DNA from: Mytilus californianus
Taxonomy: Eukaryota
Length of the DNA: 64,000 bases
Assembly (NCBI RefSeq): GCF_021869535.1
Contig: NW_026262701.1
Location: 58,156,001-58,220,000, forward strand
Direction: 5' to 3'
Part shown: positions 13,691-27,569 of the stretch, in pieces
Layout: every line of letters begins with the position of its first letter
Numbering within the stretch: the stretch's first letter is position 1
Notes under the pieces: generated by a model
Told to the model about the DNA's origin: nothing
What the model saw: only the letters and a program-made list of their open reading frames with translations
Databases searched by the model: none
Program-made: the position numbers and the translations under genes

Positions 13691-15984
13691 ATAGTGTGTT
13701 CTTAGAAGCAAAAACGTATCCAATTGTGCATGAACGTTGTCTTGATTGCAAATTTCAGCCACACACTACTATGTACGGAAGATACAAAATAGACAAACAC
13801 ATTCACTGAAGTCAATGTTTGCGTTTTATTACAATCATGTTTTTTTTAAATATGTTGCAGACTGTATGATTTTGTATGATCTTCAATCGTTAAAGAACAA
13901 ATAAAATAAGCTAGCTAGTCTTATGAATATTACGTTTTAAAATCTTTTGAATCATCGTTAATTACACTTATTTGTGATTACAGCTTGGTAATATGTGTTT
14001 GTCATTTACAAGCCTACATGTATTTGTTATTTACAAAGCAGGATATTTGTTAAACCTATACATAGCTCTTATATACATAAGCATTAAAACATTAAAAATT
14101 TTGTGTAATTCGTTTTTATTGTATCATTTTTACAGTTCAATAAATGTATTCCCCTGTATGGTTTCGCTAAAGTGGAAACACTTTGAAATTAAGCTCATTG
14201 TTGAAAATAGTCATGTAGCTGTTCAGACGAAGAAACTAAATCCTTTAAGATTACATAGTATTCACATTACTTCTTGTTAACTTGCTCTGCTTGCATTTAT
14301 ATGTATCTTTGGCCTGCCAAACTTTTGTTATGATATTTCTGATGAAAAATTTAGAGCCGTCTTGGCAACCTCAGTATGCTTAACTTTAACTATTTCTATT
14401 CAGTTTATGATGTTATCAATTTGACAGATATGTCAGGATAAAAATCAAAACGGTTACGTTGTCTGTAAACCATAAGTTGTGTGAATATAGGAATAAGACG
14501 TAAATTTAGTGGTAACGTTTGTTAAAGTCACTATACCCTGCAGTATACGTGGTATATCAATGTGTAACTTAAATGTTAAGCGATTAATATATAGTTGCAA
14601 CATAAATCTTTAAATATACTCTTTAAAACAAAATAATATCCTTACAATATAGCATAGATAAAAAAAATGAATATCACTTTCATAACAATGAAACATTAAA
14701 GTTTTTATAAACTACATAATCTTAAAATAAGGCTTATATATTGACAGATATTTCCGTTTTACATAAAAAGCATAAAGTTTGAAGCCTTAAAGGATATATA
14801 TACTTCTTGTATTTAATAGAAGTATGTCTAGTCAATATCTGAAGTATATTAATTTATTGTTTTCTAATTTTTTCATATTTTCCAAATCATGCTGCAAAAA
14901 CGGTGGCATAATCAAAACTAATCCATTAAAACAAATTCTTGCTTTTATTTATATTCCAGAGATAGGGGACTAACCTACATGAGGCAATCAACGGACGACA
15001 TAAACACCAAATATTTTGTATTTATAAGCAGTAGATAAGTTTGTATGCATCTCCATGAATCTAAAAACAAATAACATGTTTAAAGAACTGACATCAACAC
15101 CATGATATTGTATACAAACCTCAACACCAGTATTTAGAAAGTTACTGACTTTGGGTAGATACAATGTTATCAATAAAATTGAAATAGCAAATAGTTGAAA
15201 GAAATACGGGTGGTAGTAAATTAATTAGAATATATGATGCTAACCATCTCGTCGTTTACTTTTCACCGTTTCACCAGCCCAGAAGTCAGCACTGCAGTAT
15301 CGACATGAATTGATATGGTCATAATAATACATTAGCTGTTTATAAAACTTTGATATTTTTCGAAATACTAAGGGTTTTCTACCAAGGAATAGATTACCCT
15401 AACTTTATTTGGCAAAACTTTTCAGAATTTGGGGTCCTAAATGTTCTTCATATTTTTTTTATATACGATCGTGTAGCGTACAGAATTTTAATCCTGGTAT
15501 CTATGATGAGTTTATTCGGAAATACTACTATGTCGTGTTTAATGCTCTTGACAATATTTGAAGGTATCACACGGATAAAGAAATTCAATTTTACTTTCTA
15601 TTTTAAGACAACCAATGTGCTTGCAAACATATTAATGTAACATCTCTAATTTGTTAAATTTTATCAGATCTACGATTGTTTCTTCAAAACATGAAACTAT
15701 TTTATTTTCCCTAGAGGTTTTAATGAAATATTGTTTTCTTTGTATTTACTAAATGTGCATGCATATGATATGATTTACCCTGTAATTTATGTTGATCACA
15801 AACGATAATCACATTTCGGCGAATGCAGCAAAAGAGAAGCGATAAATACCAAAGGGAGATTCGACTCGTTAATTTTGCATTAGTATTAAAATATTCAACT
15901 TTTCTACACTTTACACAAGTATTCCCAATTCCAAACTAAAAGACAAATTGAAACAGTTGGCCCTGCTTTGTTTCATAAAAAAGA

Positions 15985-16703
15985 ATGGCCTACGCAGATA
16001 CACGTTTCTTGTCTCAGGGAGGGATACATCGTACTTTGTAAACAATCGCTCTACAAAATTTCTCTGAAACTGACGTTATCAAGATGCTCGATTTCTTGAT
16101 TGACAACATATTTTTTGTTACGTTTGAAGGACGTGTTTTTGAACAAACAATCGGCATTCCCATGGAAACCAAATGTGCTTCTCTTATTGCCGATTTGTTC
16201 CTTTTTTCATATAAGGCTTACTTCCTGCAGGAACTTCTTAGGAAGAAAAAAAAAGTTAGCACTACATGTATCCTTTAATTTCACTTTCGCTATATAGATG
16301 ATGTTCTTTCACTAGATGATTCAAAATTTTGTGACTATCATGTTGAACGCATCTATCCCATCGAACTTAAGATAAATGATACAACAGATAAGTTAACATG
16401 GTTAAGTCTGCCTCATATCTTGACTTAAATTTAGAAATTGACAATGATGATCGGTTGAAAACAAAACTTACGACAAAAGATATGATTTAAGCATCCCAAT
16501 TGTGAACTTCCCATTTCTATGTAGCAACATTCCAGCAGCACCTGTATACGAAGTATATATCTCCCAGTTGATACGATATTCCAGGGCTTATATTTCCCAT
16601 CATGATTTCCTTGATAGAGGGTTGGTCCCCACAAGGAAGCTATTAAACCAAGAGTTCCAAGTGTTGTAGTTGACGCCGTTCCTTCGTAAATTTTACGGAC
16701 GAC
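15985..16703 (+). mobile_element. Decayed RT fragment of the second PLE family
   Basis: Collinear with 42890-43525; MLDFLIDNIF...GIPM.T.CA.L.ADLF; several stops and frameshifts. Confidence 0.85.
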
Positions 16704-19700
16704 AAGTTTTACTTACAATGTAAGGAATGAACATACAATGTAATAATAAATAAGTTAGTTGAAATATTCTCGAGAAAAAAAAAACTATGTAATCAGTATG
16801 CATAAAATTATAATGACGAACCGTATGATATAATAATAATATTGTATGAGCTGAATGCTTCACCATAAAGTCAGTGACCGTTAATATTTTTCAAAAATAT
16901 AACTTCGTTGTAATACCAGAATTTAATTGGCAAAGATCACACAGCTTCTGTGTTTTTGTTATAAGACTTTAGTCTGCAAAATAAACAAACAAACGAAGAA
17001 AAAAATCGGTCCGATAAAGCACTTAATTTTTTTTAACTGGTTATAACAATGAAAATAATATTTGATTCATTCCTGCGTCTGAAGCACTTTTCTTAATTAA
17101 CAGTCATCGGCAACGTTGAAACGCAAACATTTGAAAGCCAAGGCTGTGTTCGACATAAACACGAAGAATATATGACCAAAAGGTACACACAACAGAAACG
17201 CACCTACACCTTATGATTTGCGTAGGTACAACGAGTTCTTACATACAACTTTGTTATTAGGATATTTAAAATCTGTTAATGACATGCATTGACATTTCGA
17301 TAGTTTTAACCCAGACATTATATGTACTCTTTTAACGTCACCAGACAGTTTATATAAATTTTTAAGCAGTTGTCTCTTTTATGATTTCTGCTTTTAGAAG
17401 TTAGATGTAACGTTTAATGTCACAACAAAGGACAACAAAAGTATAACATGTTTAATACCAGAGGAATCTCCAATCTTATCAATATGAAATGACCAAAGAG
17501 TAGACATCAAACTTCATTATAGAATATATGCTTATAATTATGTCGGCAAACAATCGTTTTATGATATACAGCTGAATTTATACATCTATACAGACACATT
17601 TAGGGTCTCTTGACATGATATGTAAAAATAATCTTGTATGTTCAGAATTGAAAGATTCTGAATTATGGCTATACGAAATTAACGCATTAAAAAGAATTGT
17701 CAAGCTTATCTCCGGTAAGAGGCAATATCAGTTTATCGATGTTCAAACTCGTAGATCCATGCAGTGTTATAATTCATGTTTATTATTGTATATTTACACA
17801 TATTTTTACACATATATGTCTGAAGGTTGCTTAATAATAAAATCTTGAATAGAATCTTGCCATCTTGAATAATACACATAAATCAAGATACAAAAAAAAC
17901 CCCTGAAGGAATCGCAAATTACAATAAAAACGAGACCTGTTGTCTCAATAGGGTAAGCATATATTGCTACAATGTATTTATTGTCATGTAAATACAAACT
18001 TGGTTAAATTCTCGCCAGATGGAATAATAAAACATCAAGAATCGGTAAATTTGCAGATAAGACGACAATTCTGATATTCTTACATTTAGGAAGACATCGT
18101 TTCGATGTCTGTTGTGAATTGTAACACTGACACTTTGTATCGGTCAGACTATTCATGATGATGACCATTAACTTGTATAGTGTCGTTTTTCGTCGTTCCT
18201 TCTTATAACCTTGCTGGAGGAAGTTATATATTAAGAGGAGATCCTTGTAAATGTTATCCGTATAATATAAACATGCGCATATGTTTTGTATCAATTTGGA
18301 AATAAAAACGCCCTTCAATATGGTACCGGTTATGTAACAACTAAGCAATGTAACATGTTTAACTCCGCCAGATTCTTTATGTGCCTGTACCAAGTCAGGA
18401 GCCTGTAGTTCAATGGTTGTCGTTGGTCTATATCTGCTATACTTGTTTTTCGTAGATTGTTTTGTTATAAATAAGGCCGTTAGTTTTCTCAATTGAATTG
18501 TTTCATATTTTTCATGTTTGGGCCTTTTATAGCCCACTATACAGTATGGGTTTTTCTTATTGTTGAAGGCCTGACTGTTGCCTATAAATGCTTTGGCTCA
18601 CTTTATTTGAACTTTGGTGGATGGTAGTTTCATTGGCAATCTTACCACATAAAATATTTGGCAACTCATGTGTTATTTTTGGTGGGCGTTTTTTATATAG
18701 GTATATGAGAAATATGTGTGTAAAGGAGTATCACCTGTCCTTCCGTTCTTGCCAACTTATTTCTTTATGCGTATTTCAAAATTCGGGACTTTATTGATCC
18801 AATATTTTTCTCTAAACCCTTAATAATTGATTACGTAAATACATTGAAATGTGCTTCATTTCTCTATTTGCGTCTAGAAATTCATAATGAAGTTCAGATG
18901 AAAACTAAACTTCAGGACAAAAAAAGATTATTTCAATTCTTACATGAGCAACTAAGGACGTGCCACAAATGCACCACGCACATCTTATCCTTTTTAAGCA
19001 ACTGCGTAAAGTGCTAGTTTTTGGTTTGGTTCTTTTAGCGTAATCTTTAGTTTTCCGTGTTTTGTTTTGTGTTTTGTTGTTTGTCATTTCGTTACCTGTC
19101 TTTTTGGTCACTAAATTGATATTTTGAATTTGTTTTGATGAATTTCTTATTTGTTTTGTTTAAACGTTTTCACATGCTGCCTTCGAAGTCTCGAAGAGTA
19201 TTATTTTTGATAGATTTCATTTGTTGATATATCTTATCTGTTAATCTTTTTTAGTCCACAGTTTCTTTATCATTTGATCTTATTTCATACCATCACTTTT
19301 CTTCATAGTTTAAATACAGTATAGTTATGCGACATATTAATACTATTTGATACAACAGTTTTCATCTACACAAGACATGAACTTATTTTAACCTTTTTCA
19401 GATCAGATAAACATTGTTCTAGATATGACTTGTGAGATTTTTTTTACAGAAAACAAGTAGTGTTATATGCGATGGTTTTCAAGATTTATGATTTAAATTT
19501 AGTTGTTTGGTTTTCTGCAATAACAATAAGAGTGGTATAGTAAATGCTTCTACGTGTTCATAAAAGGTATAAGTTAATTCAAAGGAAGTGAAAAATAATG
19601 ACACAAGAAAATTATTGAACGCCTTTGGTTCTGAAAAAAATGTAAATCTATTAAACACAGACTTCGAAAACTCGCAATTAATATCAACTTCTTTCTTGTA

Positions 19701-20206
19701 CATGAATCTACTGAAAAAAAAATTTGTTTCGTCTGCAGAACTGACAAAAAACCTATCATGATAAAAATAAGACAAAATCACGAAGCAAAAAACACAAAGA
19801 CAAAAACAGCAAAAAAATTAACTAAAAACAACCTTCACACAAAAACAAAAAACAAAAAACAACTAAAAAAAAATAAAAAATTACCAGGTCTTAGAGCTTT
19901 ATCATGTTTTTATACCTAAAAAATTTAAATTGCACTTGTTATTATCATAGCTTTTAACAGTGTGTTGTAATTACAATTATGGTTGCTTTATTCGTTGATT
20001 TTTTAGTTTTTTAATACTCATTTAGTATGATTAACTACTAATTTTGAATTTTGATAAAAAAAATCGTTTATCCATTTAATTATTGTTACATGATTAACCA
20101 ACCAATGTTGATTATCAACAATCTTCTTATTTCGTCATCCTACAGCTTTTATCGAAGTCAACATACTATGTGCTGCATAGAATAAGTTTCTTGATAATGA
20201 AATCCG

Positions 20207-20331
20207 ATTAACCAATAGATGACTGACATTAACATCTAAAATAACTGAAAACCATGTGATCACTTAACCTTCATTGTGAAATACAATGTAGTATAAATAT
20301 CGCATGATATTCGAAATTGTTTACATCAGTC
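20207..20331 (+). promoter_or_regulatory. Candidate core promoter of the RGK gene (CCAAT, TATA, Inr)
   Basis: CCAAT near 20212, TATAAA at 20292-20297 and Inr-like TCAGTC at 20326-20331, about 120 nt upstream of the ATG. Motif spacing only. Confidence 0.4.
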
Positions 20332-20449
20332 TTTGTATACCATCAAATAAGTTGTGTAAATCATTGTGAATTGAAACCTGCTTAAGAATTTGAGGAAAAC
20401 AATTTTATCCTGTTTAACTAAAGTGCCACAATTCAAATTGTATTGAGTT

Positions 20450-20996
20450 ATGACAAAAAAGATATATTCAGAGATGCAAGATAACAACGACATGCATTAT
20501 ATCGATACAACAAGATGTGTCCTCCCGGAACTATCATCATCGGTTATAAGGAAGGAAACACAATCGGAGCCGAATTCTCGTACTAGTTCTTTAAAGAAAA
20601 AGAAGCAGCAGGCACATGAATTTATAAAAAAAGATATTAGTTTTAATCTTCCAATGGACACATTATCAAAATATTCTAATGACTTGACTGTGAATGAAAT
20701 AAAAAAGAAATTTAAAAGACGGTCTTTTGAAATGACATCAGATGGACTTTTAAATGACAGTCTTCCATTTCGTCGTAGACAAAGCAGTGGTTCGTCAGTA
20801 TCATCTCACTATAGATCAAGACTTACAAGTGATGCATCTAATGCAAGCTCATTTTCTTCTTCTTGGAGTTGCTCATCATCATGTTCAACTGGATACTACA
20901 GGGTACCAATTATGGGAGCTCATGGTGTTGGTAAAACAGCATTAGAGAATCGGTTTATGAGCTCGGAGTACATGTCGCATATAGAATCAGATATCG
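20450..20996 (+). CDS. RGK-family small GTPase, coding exon 1 (Ser-rich N-terminal extension plus G1 box)
   Basis: ATG at 20450. Encodes RRRSF and RRRQSS motifs, then RVPIMGAHGVGKT (G1/P-loop). Donor G|GTAAG at 20996/20997, phase 1. Confidence 0.88.
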
Positions 20997-21453
20997 GTAA
21001 GTTATCTGGTTTATCGGATTCAGAAAATAGATTTTGTCCAAACGGAGTTTAACGAACATTTTTTTCTGAAATCAACATCTATATCTTTATATTAATTTAA
21101 ATATTTAAAAAAGACAACTAGATTGTCTAGATCATTAGAGTTACAGTATATAGCACATAAACCACGAATAAAAGAGGATATGGAATTTATGCCAATGAAA
21201 TAGCAACATACGACAGCAATACTAAAAGCCATCGACAGGGCATCAGAGTCATCAATAGTAAACATGTTTAAATGCAATACGTCAATTTTTCAATCGTCTA
21301 GAATCTTTAAAAGTGGTGAAGAAATTTGAGATAAACAATGAAATTTATTCCATTAACACCACATTCTACAAATATTAAAACACATAAATAAAAGATATAC
21401 AATAACCACAGATACAGTTTTACTCATCTAACACTTTTGTTTAACATTTGTAG

Positions 21454-21536
21454 ATGAATTCGACGAAAGAAAACTTACTGTCGTCGTCGACAATGAGGAA
21501 TCTACAATGGAATTTATGGATTTGCTATCCATAGAG
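21454..21536 (+). CDS. RGK-family GTPase, coding exon 2
   Basis: Acceptor TTTGTAG and donor GAG|GTAGG. Continues the frame as DEFDERKLTVVVDNEESTMEFMDLLSIE (switch/G3 region). Confidence 0.88.
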
Positions 21537-21923
21537 GTAGGTATAATAATAATAATTAGTTTTTCTTTTGATTGTTTCTTTTTCTCGTTGCTGATGTATG
21601 TGAAAGTCTCTATGTTGTGTAATTACATGGTAAATACTGATGGGCTGGAAAATATCAATGTTTACTTATCGAATGACAAAAAAAAATGATATGATAGAAA
21701 GAATCACTTAAATATATATTGTTTTTGTCAGGAAATTTAAGGAAAGCACTAAAGACTTGTTTTTACCTTTGAAATTTTAAATACAAATATGCATGAATCT
21801 TTATTTGAAAAAATTCTTAAGTGAAAAAACTGAATTTGTACATAAAATGTTTGTAGATTAATTTCATCAAGAAAGTGAAAAACCAAAATAATTAAACTAA
21901 CATTTATAACTTGTTTCATTTAG

Positions 21924-22101
21924 CACGATGTTTTACCAGCAGATGCCTATGTTGTTGTGTTTTCCGTCCACGAAAGCGATTCTTTCACACTGGCAGAGGG
22001 ATTTCTACAATATCTACGCAATGAACTTGATAGTGACAGACCAATAATATTAGTTGCGAACAAAATAGATTTAGTCAGGAAACGACAAGTCACCAAAGAA
22101 G
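21924..22101 (+). CDS. RGK-family GTPase, coding exon 3
   Basis: Acceptor CATTTAG and donor G|GTAAG. Encodes HDVLPADAYVVVFSVHESDSF...PIILVANKIDLVRKRQVTKE, containing the G4 box NKID. Confidence 0.92.
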
Positions 22102-22361
22102 GTAAGATGTCCTATCATCACAGTGAGTATAATGTGCTTATCATATTAATTTGTTTATATCATTGTTAATTTTTTTATAAATGTAAATGAAATTGTTAAG
22201 AAATATGTACATTTAAAATGCACTTTATATCTATTGCAAAATTTTGAACAAATCTAAAGTCAAGTAAAACAGTATTTAAAGAATTCTCAACTTATATGAT
22301 GGGCTGCTGTTTTTAATACTGATAAACATAATGTTTTAACCATGGTTTATTATGTTTTCAG

Positions 22362-22618
22362 AAGCACGCCAGATTGCAAAAGAATTTGAATGTAAATACA
22401 TCGAAACATCAGCTGTGTTAAACCACAAAGTTGACGAACTACTAGTTGGGTTGTTAAAACAAATAAAACTAAAGCTAAATCCAGATGCCATTCAAAAAGC
22501 AGCTATTTTGACACAGTGCAAAGGGAAAAGGCATTCTCTTTTTAAAAGACTTCTTAGTAAAATCTTAAGACGCACATCAAAAACTTTATCACAGTGTGAA
22601 AATTTGTTTCATCTATGA
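22362..22618 (+). CDS. RGK-family GTPase, coding exon 4 (G5 box, basic amphipathic tail, C-7 motif)
   Basis: Acceptor TTTTCAG. Encodes CKYIETSAVLNHKVDELL (G5), a polybasic tail KGKRHSLFKRLLSKILRR, and ends SQCENLFHL* with Cys seven residues from the end, as in RGK proteins. The four exons sum to 1065 nt in frame with GT-AG introns. Confidence 0.92.
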
Positions 22619-22658
22619 TTTGTTATATATTAGGCACTAGTGGATGTATCATGATATT

Positions 22659-22664
22659 AATAAA
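22659..22664 (+). terminator. Candidate polyadenylation signal of the RGK gene
   Basis: AATAAA 40 nt after the stop; a second lies at 22770-22775. Weak evidence in AT-rich DNA. Confidence 0.3.
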
Positions 22665-25600
22665 GCATAATTCAATTGTAGTATATTTCAACCATTAAAT
22701 GCATTTTTATATATATATCATACATGTAGATTTTGTAGTTTCGAGCAATACAAACGCCCGAACACATTTAATAAAAGCAATATAATCATATCATCAATTC
22801 TCATTCTATATGCAAACGGTTTTGAGAAAATAATGTTTAAGTTAAGATTCCTAGTAAAACAATACAAAAATGTTACAGTAAAGTGCCTTATCTTTTTGAT
22901 CTTCAACGTTTTGATAGAGATTTGTTTGTGATTTATTTAGCCTTTATTTTTGTATACTTTAAGAAGACTTTTGAGTTATTGTTTTCTTTATTCTATTTAT
23001 CCTCAAGGGTTAAGTGGACAACTTATAAAATGCTTGATATGTTATTATTTTCTAACGTCTTTGGCAATCTGTACAATCATGTGCTGTTATCATATATGCA
23101 ACTATGACAATTACCATGAAAGTTTTATTAAACATTGTTTAACAGTTAATGATATTGTTACATTATTACGAATAAAAATATTGAAAAATAAAATAAAAAC
23201 AAATTATATCATGTGCATTTTTGATTTTTTCAATAGATAATTTTAAACAAGGTTTAAGATTGATTGGGCATCATATCAATTTTGTTTTGAATGTCACTTA
23301 TGGTTCTTAGTAACAGGAAACGTTCGTCCGGCGTACTTATAATATACGCCTGTTATCTTGGGTCCTTTTTTAAAAAGATAGAAGAAAACATAATATATAG
23401 GTAAGATGAGTAATTAAAATCGTCTTTAACTACTCAAGACCAATATATTAAAAGACTACGTTGATTCATTTTGATTTTTAATATGTTGTTGGTCTGTTTA
23501 GAACTGAACTTTACAAAAATAGAAATCATTTAATATTACAATGATTGTGTACTCTCATTTTTATGTACCAATATTCCAGAATTGGTCATTGGCTTCCATC
23601 TTAGTATCTTCTTCTTTTCGTTTAACTGTATGAGATCACTTACATTGAATTATGCACAGCTGGATATGCTAAGCACTTTGAGACAACAAGTGTGTCAGTG
23701 AAAAGATCTCTTTCGACTTTAACTATGATCTCGTGTGATTTCAACTATTTTCGCACCTATTTTTTTACATCAACCCCTCATCATGGGAATGGACCAGTTT
23801 TTGTTAACATTGAATTGACGCTTGTTGCGTTCTCGTCATGATGCAGGTTTGACAAGATTGTATGCTGTCAAAGCTGTGAGAATATTGAACACGTTTTTGT
23901 TTATTTGAAGAGAGGTACACAGCATGGAAAGTGCATACCGAAAGGGAAACAATATTAATAAAAACAGAACAATACCCTTCAAAACGAAACACAGAAATAC
24001 AATAAAATCCAGAAACGTTCTATTGTATATAAAAAAGAGAAGTGGTATGAATGTCAATGAAATAAATATCAACCAAATGAATTGAATCTTATTAACTATA
24101 TTTCACCGTACAGCCTTAACAATGAGGAAAAACATACCGTAAATTTTACTAGAAAGTTTACTACAGAAGGTTCCAAAATTTAAAAAAAATATAAAACAAC
24201 TGAAACAAAAAATTCCGAGTCCTGATCTGTAAAACAAAAAGATAAACAAATAATAAAAAGAACAGAAAGCAACCATCAACAAACACTGGATGACAGGATC
24301 CTGACTAATGACAAAAACAAATCGAATAAGGCGGTGTTAAATATGGTGTTCGTGAGCGCTCACCCTTTCTAACCTGTAACAGTGATTTCTTATATAATAC
24401 AAAATAACAGAAAATTGTAAACATAAGTTGGAAATGGCTTGATTCATAAGATATAAAGACACACACTACTGATCTAACTTAACTTGGTTAGTATTGTAGA
24501 TTCCATTTTGGTCCTATAGCGTTTCAAGTGATTCACGACTTACATACATCCATGGCTTTGCAAGTTTTGGGTTTGAACTTTCCTGAAAAGATAAAATCCC
24601 TAAACAAACTCAAAGTATACATATTCAGTTTTATTTGGTACCTTATATGCAAAGCATTATGAGTATTTCCTCATATCCCATCCAAAGTTTAGAATCCTAA
24701 TGTAAAAGTACAATATATGACTAGAAAATTACAACTGATTTAGATATTAATGCAATTTTACATGCTTGAACTTTCAAACGTCAGGGTAATGCCACAATCA
24801 CATCAAGTGCGGTCTTTAGATGATATAAATTCTGCTTAAGCCGTTGAAATTTTAATATATTGTTAGACAAGGTTTACATCGATTTAAAATGATTTGTAAA
24901 CTGTTTCAAGGTAGAATTATCGTTACTTTTATATAACGAATTGTTTTAACTCAACTTTTTTTTATTTCTATCGAACATTACATAATTTTGATGAATGATT
25001 TTCTTTTTATGAATATTGGTTATTTGTGTTCACACATTGAAACCGTATCATAACATATCATTAATCTAAGTGAACACGAAAATGAGCTTGATGGATAAGT
25101 ATTAGCAACACAATTTGGAAAATGAGTAGACAAACATTATAAGAAATAAAAGATTTCAAACTGTGGTGAAGGTTTTGACTCTGTCTAAAGATTTTACTGA
25201 TTGGCTTTTTAAAAACACGCGTACTGCCTTTGCTCTGGGTCAAAATCCTTGATACCTTCAACGGATTCTGCATTTAGGTTCAATTTTGTGTTAGCAATCG
25301 TGATAGTAGTTCGTCAAATTTATGGTTGAAAAGTGCTTATGCTTCAATGTATTTCCATTCGAATTATTTGGCAAGCTGGCGTGCCTCTAAGAAATAATAA
25401 GAAATAGTAAGAAATATTGTATGTACCAGTATCACCAACTGCAGTCTATCATATTGGTCGCATCACCTTAGATGGATTTGCCTTAACTTTTTTTCCGTTA
25501 TGAACAAATGAAGAAGAGGAGTATATCATGTATATGTCAATGAGACAACAACCCGAGGACAACAGTAACTTACACGATATCTAGAAGACAGGATTCAGTC

Positions 25601-26639
25601 ATCTACACAAAATGGGTGTCTATACAATATCTCAAGCTGTAAATCAAACAGAAATAATGGAAGTTGCAAATCAATTGAACAGAAATAAGCAAGGATCTAC
25701 TGTCATCTCCAAATTCTCCAAATAACCACAAACATTAAGAAATACCATAGCATAACAACTAACGAAGTTCAGGACTCGTAAGCCCTCACAATATGTATCT
25801 AAGAACTTATAAAGTTCCTGACAATCTTATTTGAAATAAACTTTTCCACTCGCATGAATGTAATATTCAGTTGAACAATTAAAAAAAAATACCAAAAACC
25901 TTTCATTTCAAAAGTTATATATCATCCTTTAAGATTCGATTTTGCAAATTCCTTATGTGTCCCTTAGTTTGTTATTTGTTCAGAAGTCTTGTGACCTTTA
26001 TCAAACTTAATTCCTCAACGTTGTTTACACTTAAGTCTAAAATAGGAAATAGTTACTTAAGATATAAAATAATAATATAAAAACGTGATCAGTGTTTACA
26101 AACAAGAATTTGTTACAGAATGATAAGCAGTTCCCTCATTATACTTATCACAGAGAAAGGGACTTTTATTATGTTACAAACTTTAAACATTTTAAGTGCA
26201 TTTTGTTATCAAGGCTCAACTGACCTCTTGATTTGACTTTATTCAAGAATGTGTTTCATGGTCAGCGCATTGTATAAGTATGATTTCATTTTTAACCATT
26301 CTAGTGTAGACTATATCTACTAGTTTCGGCAAACTACAATAAATTGTGTTGTATTCATTTTTTATTACATTAAAACGGTTCAGTATTAAATGTTTGAATT
26401 GTTTCTTTATTATGAGGTTGAATGCAAATCGTTTCTTCCTTTGATGAAAAATACCTCTCATTTTTTCAAAATTTACCGTTGTGTAAATCGATACATTTCT
26501 TAATTTGAGTACCTATCTATGTAGTTTATTTATATTTGATTGCACATCCACTGCCCCTCTCAACGTCAAATATTACTTCGTTATGTGATGTTTAAAATTA
26601 AATTTAAACATTGATTTTCAAATGAAAATTGAAAAGATA

Positions 26640-27000
26640 ATGTTCCTCATATGAGATTTTAATGCTATTTTACTTTCTGCTTTTATTGTATTTGAATATT
26701 TGAAATTGGTGTTTTCAACAACGATGGATCTAGTAATTGAAGACTGGGTTAACCTATTAACTAAATAATTAAGTTTTATGAGATTTTTGTCTCTTTTGTA
26801 TTTAGCTATATTTATTCTTATAATTTAACGAAATGTATTCTTATGTTTATTTAAATTTCAACATATTTACATTTTTTGTTGCTTATTTTAAAATCCATCT
26901 TTTAATAGATTCTGATCAGGATCACTTCAAGCTGATACACGTGCTTCCGTATCTTGTAACTCATTTAGTAAAATTATTTAGTCCCTTATATGCTTATTTT
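26640..27000 (-). mobile_element. Possible very decayed PLE RT C-terminal fragment
   Basis: Interrupted minus-strand translation loosely resembles the ELIRY.R.C region; weak. Confidence 0.3.
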
Positions 27001-27049
27001 GAACTGCGATAAAACAACATGATAATCCCATTCTAAGGACACGTTTAAA

Positions 27050-27247
27050 AGAGGGACGAAAGATACCAGAGGGACAGTCAAACTCCTAGATCGAAAACAA
27101 ACTGACAACGCCATGGCCAAAAATAAAAAGACAAACAGACAAATAATAGTACAGATGACACAGCATAGAAAACTAATGACTAAGCAACACGAACCCTACC
27201 AAAAAATGGGGGTGATCTCAGGTGCTCCGGAAGGGTAAGCAGATCCT
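27050..27247 (-). mobile_element. Solo 3' tail of the second PLE family
   Basis: Reverse complement of 43695-43796 plus its continuation (GGATCTGCTTACCCTTCCGGAGCACCTGAGATCACCCCC). Related pieces lie near 3580-3980, 18950-19120 and 49440-49580. Confidence 0.75.
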
Positions 27248-27525
27248 TAAATATTGTTGCGTCTGAGTGCTTTTCTAGATATTCACCATCAATAACGTTG
27301 AAAATTCGAACGTTTAAAGCCATGGTTAAAGCTATTTGAGGGGCTGTATGGCCAAAAGGGGTTAACAACACAGAATCAGGTAAGGTCAATTGTGCCTGAG
27401 AGATTTTAAACCTTTGCATCTCACCAAACAATTGAGTTAATAAAAGAAAAAAATAAGAAATGTATCTTCAAATAAAGTTGTTGGCGAAGTACGTTAATAA
27501 TAACATAAACGGTACCAATTTTTCT

Positions 27526-27569
27526 GCACCAGATGCGCATTTCGACAATCAATGTCTCGTCAGTGATGC
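27526..27569 (-). ncRNA. Minimal type-I hammerhead ribozyme, intact core
   Basis: Minus strand: GCAUCA CUGACGA GAC AUUGAUU GUC GAAA UGCGCA UC UGGUGC. 6-bp stem I, 3-bp stem II, palindromic AUGCGCAU in place of stem III, AUC cleavage triplet. Confidence 0.8.

Larger units (their letters stand above)
300..14550. repeat. Segmental duplicate, copy 1 (paralogue at about 37950-59150)
   Basis: Collinear unique-sequence anchors: 700-960/38395-38660, 1400-1670/38666-38943, 1673-2650/40745-41760, 6230-6590/47290-47645, 7120-7400/47835-48090, 7780-8290/48695-49170, 8700-9110/50095-50470, 14050-14355/52690-53090, 14370-14540/58978-59145. Confidence 0.85.

Noticed and set aside
19479-19781. 100-aa minus-strand ORF upstream of the RGK gene
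   Set aside because: Low-complexity Phe-rich translation of an A-rich strand, no recognisable domain, no convincing donor site.
20997-21052. C-terminal part of ORF 20450-21052 as coding
   Set aside because: It is read-through into intron 1 past the GTAAG donor.
22616-22618. RGK stop codon is TGA, so possible Sec readthrough
   Set aside because: No SECIS near the 3' UTR (the nearest plus-strand one is about 36 kb away), and the stop gives the expected C-7 terminus.
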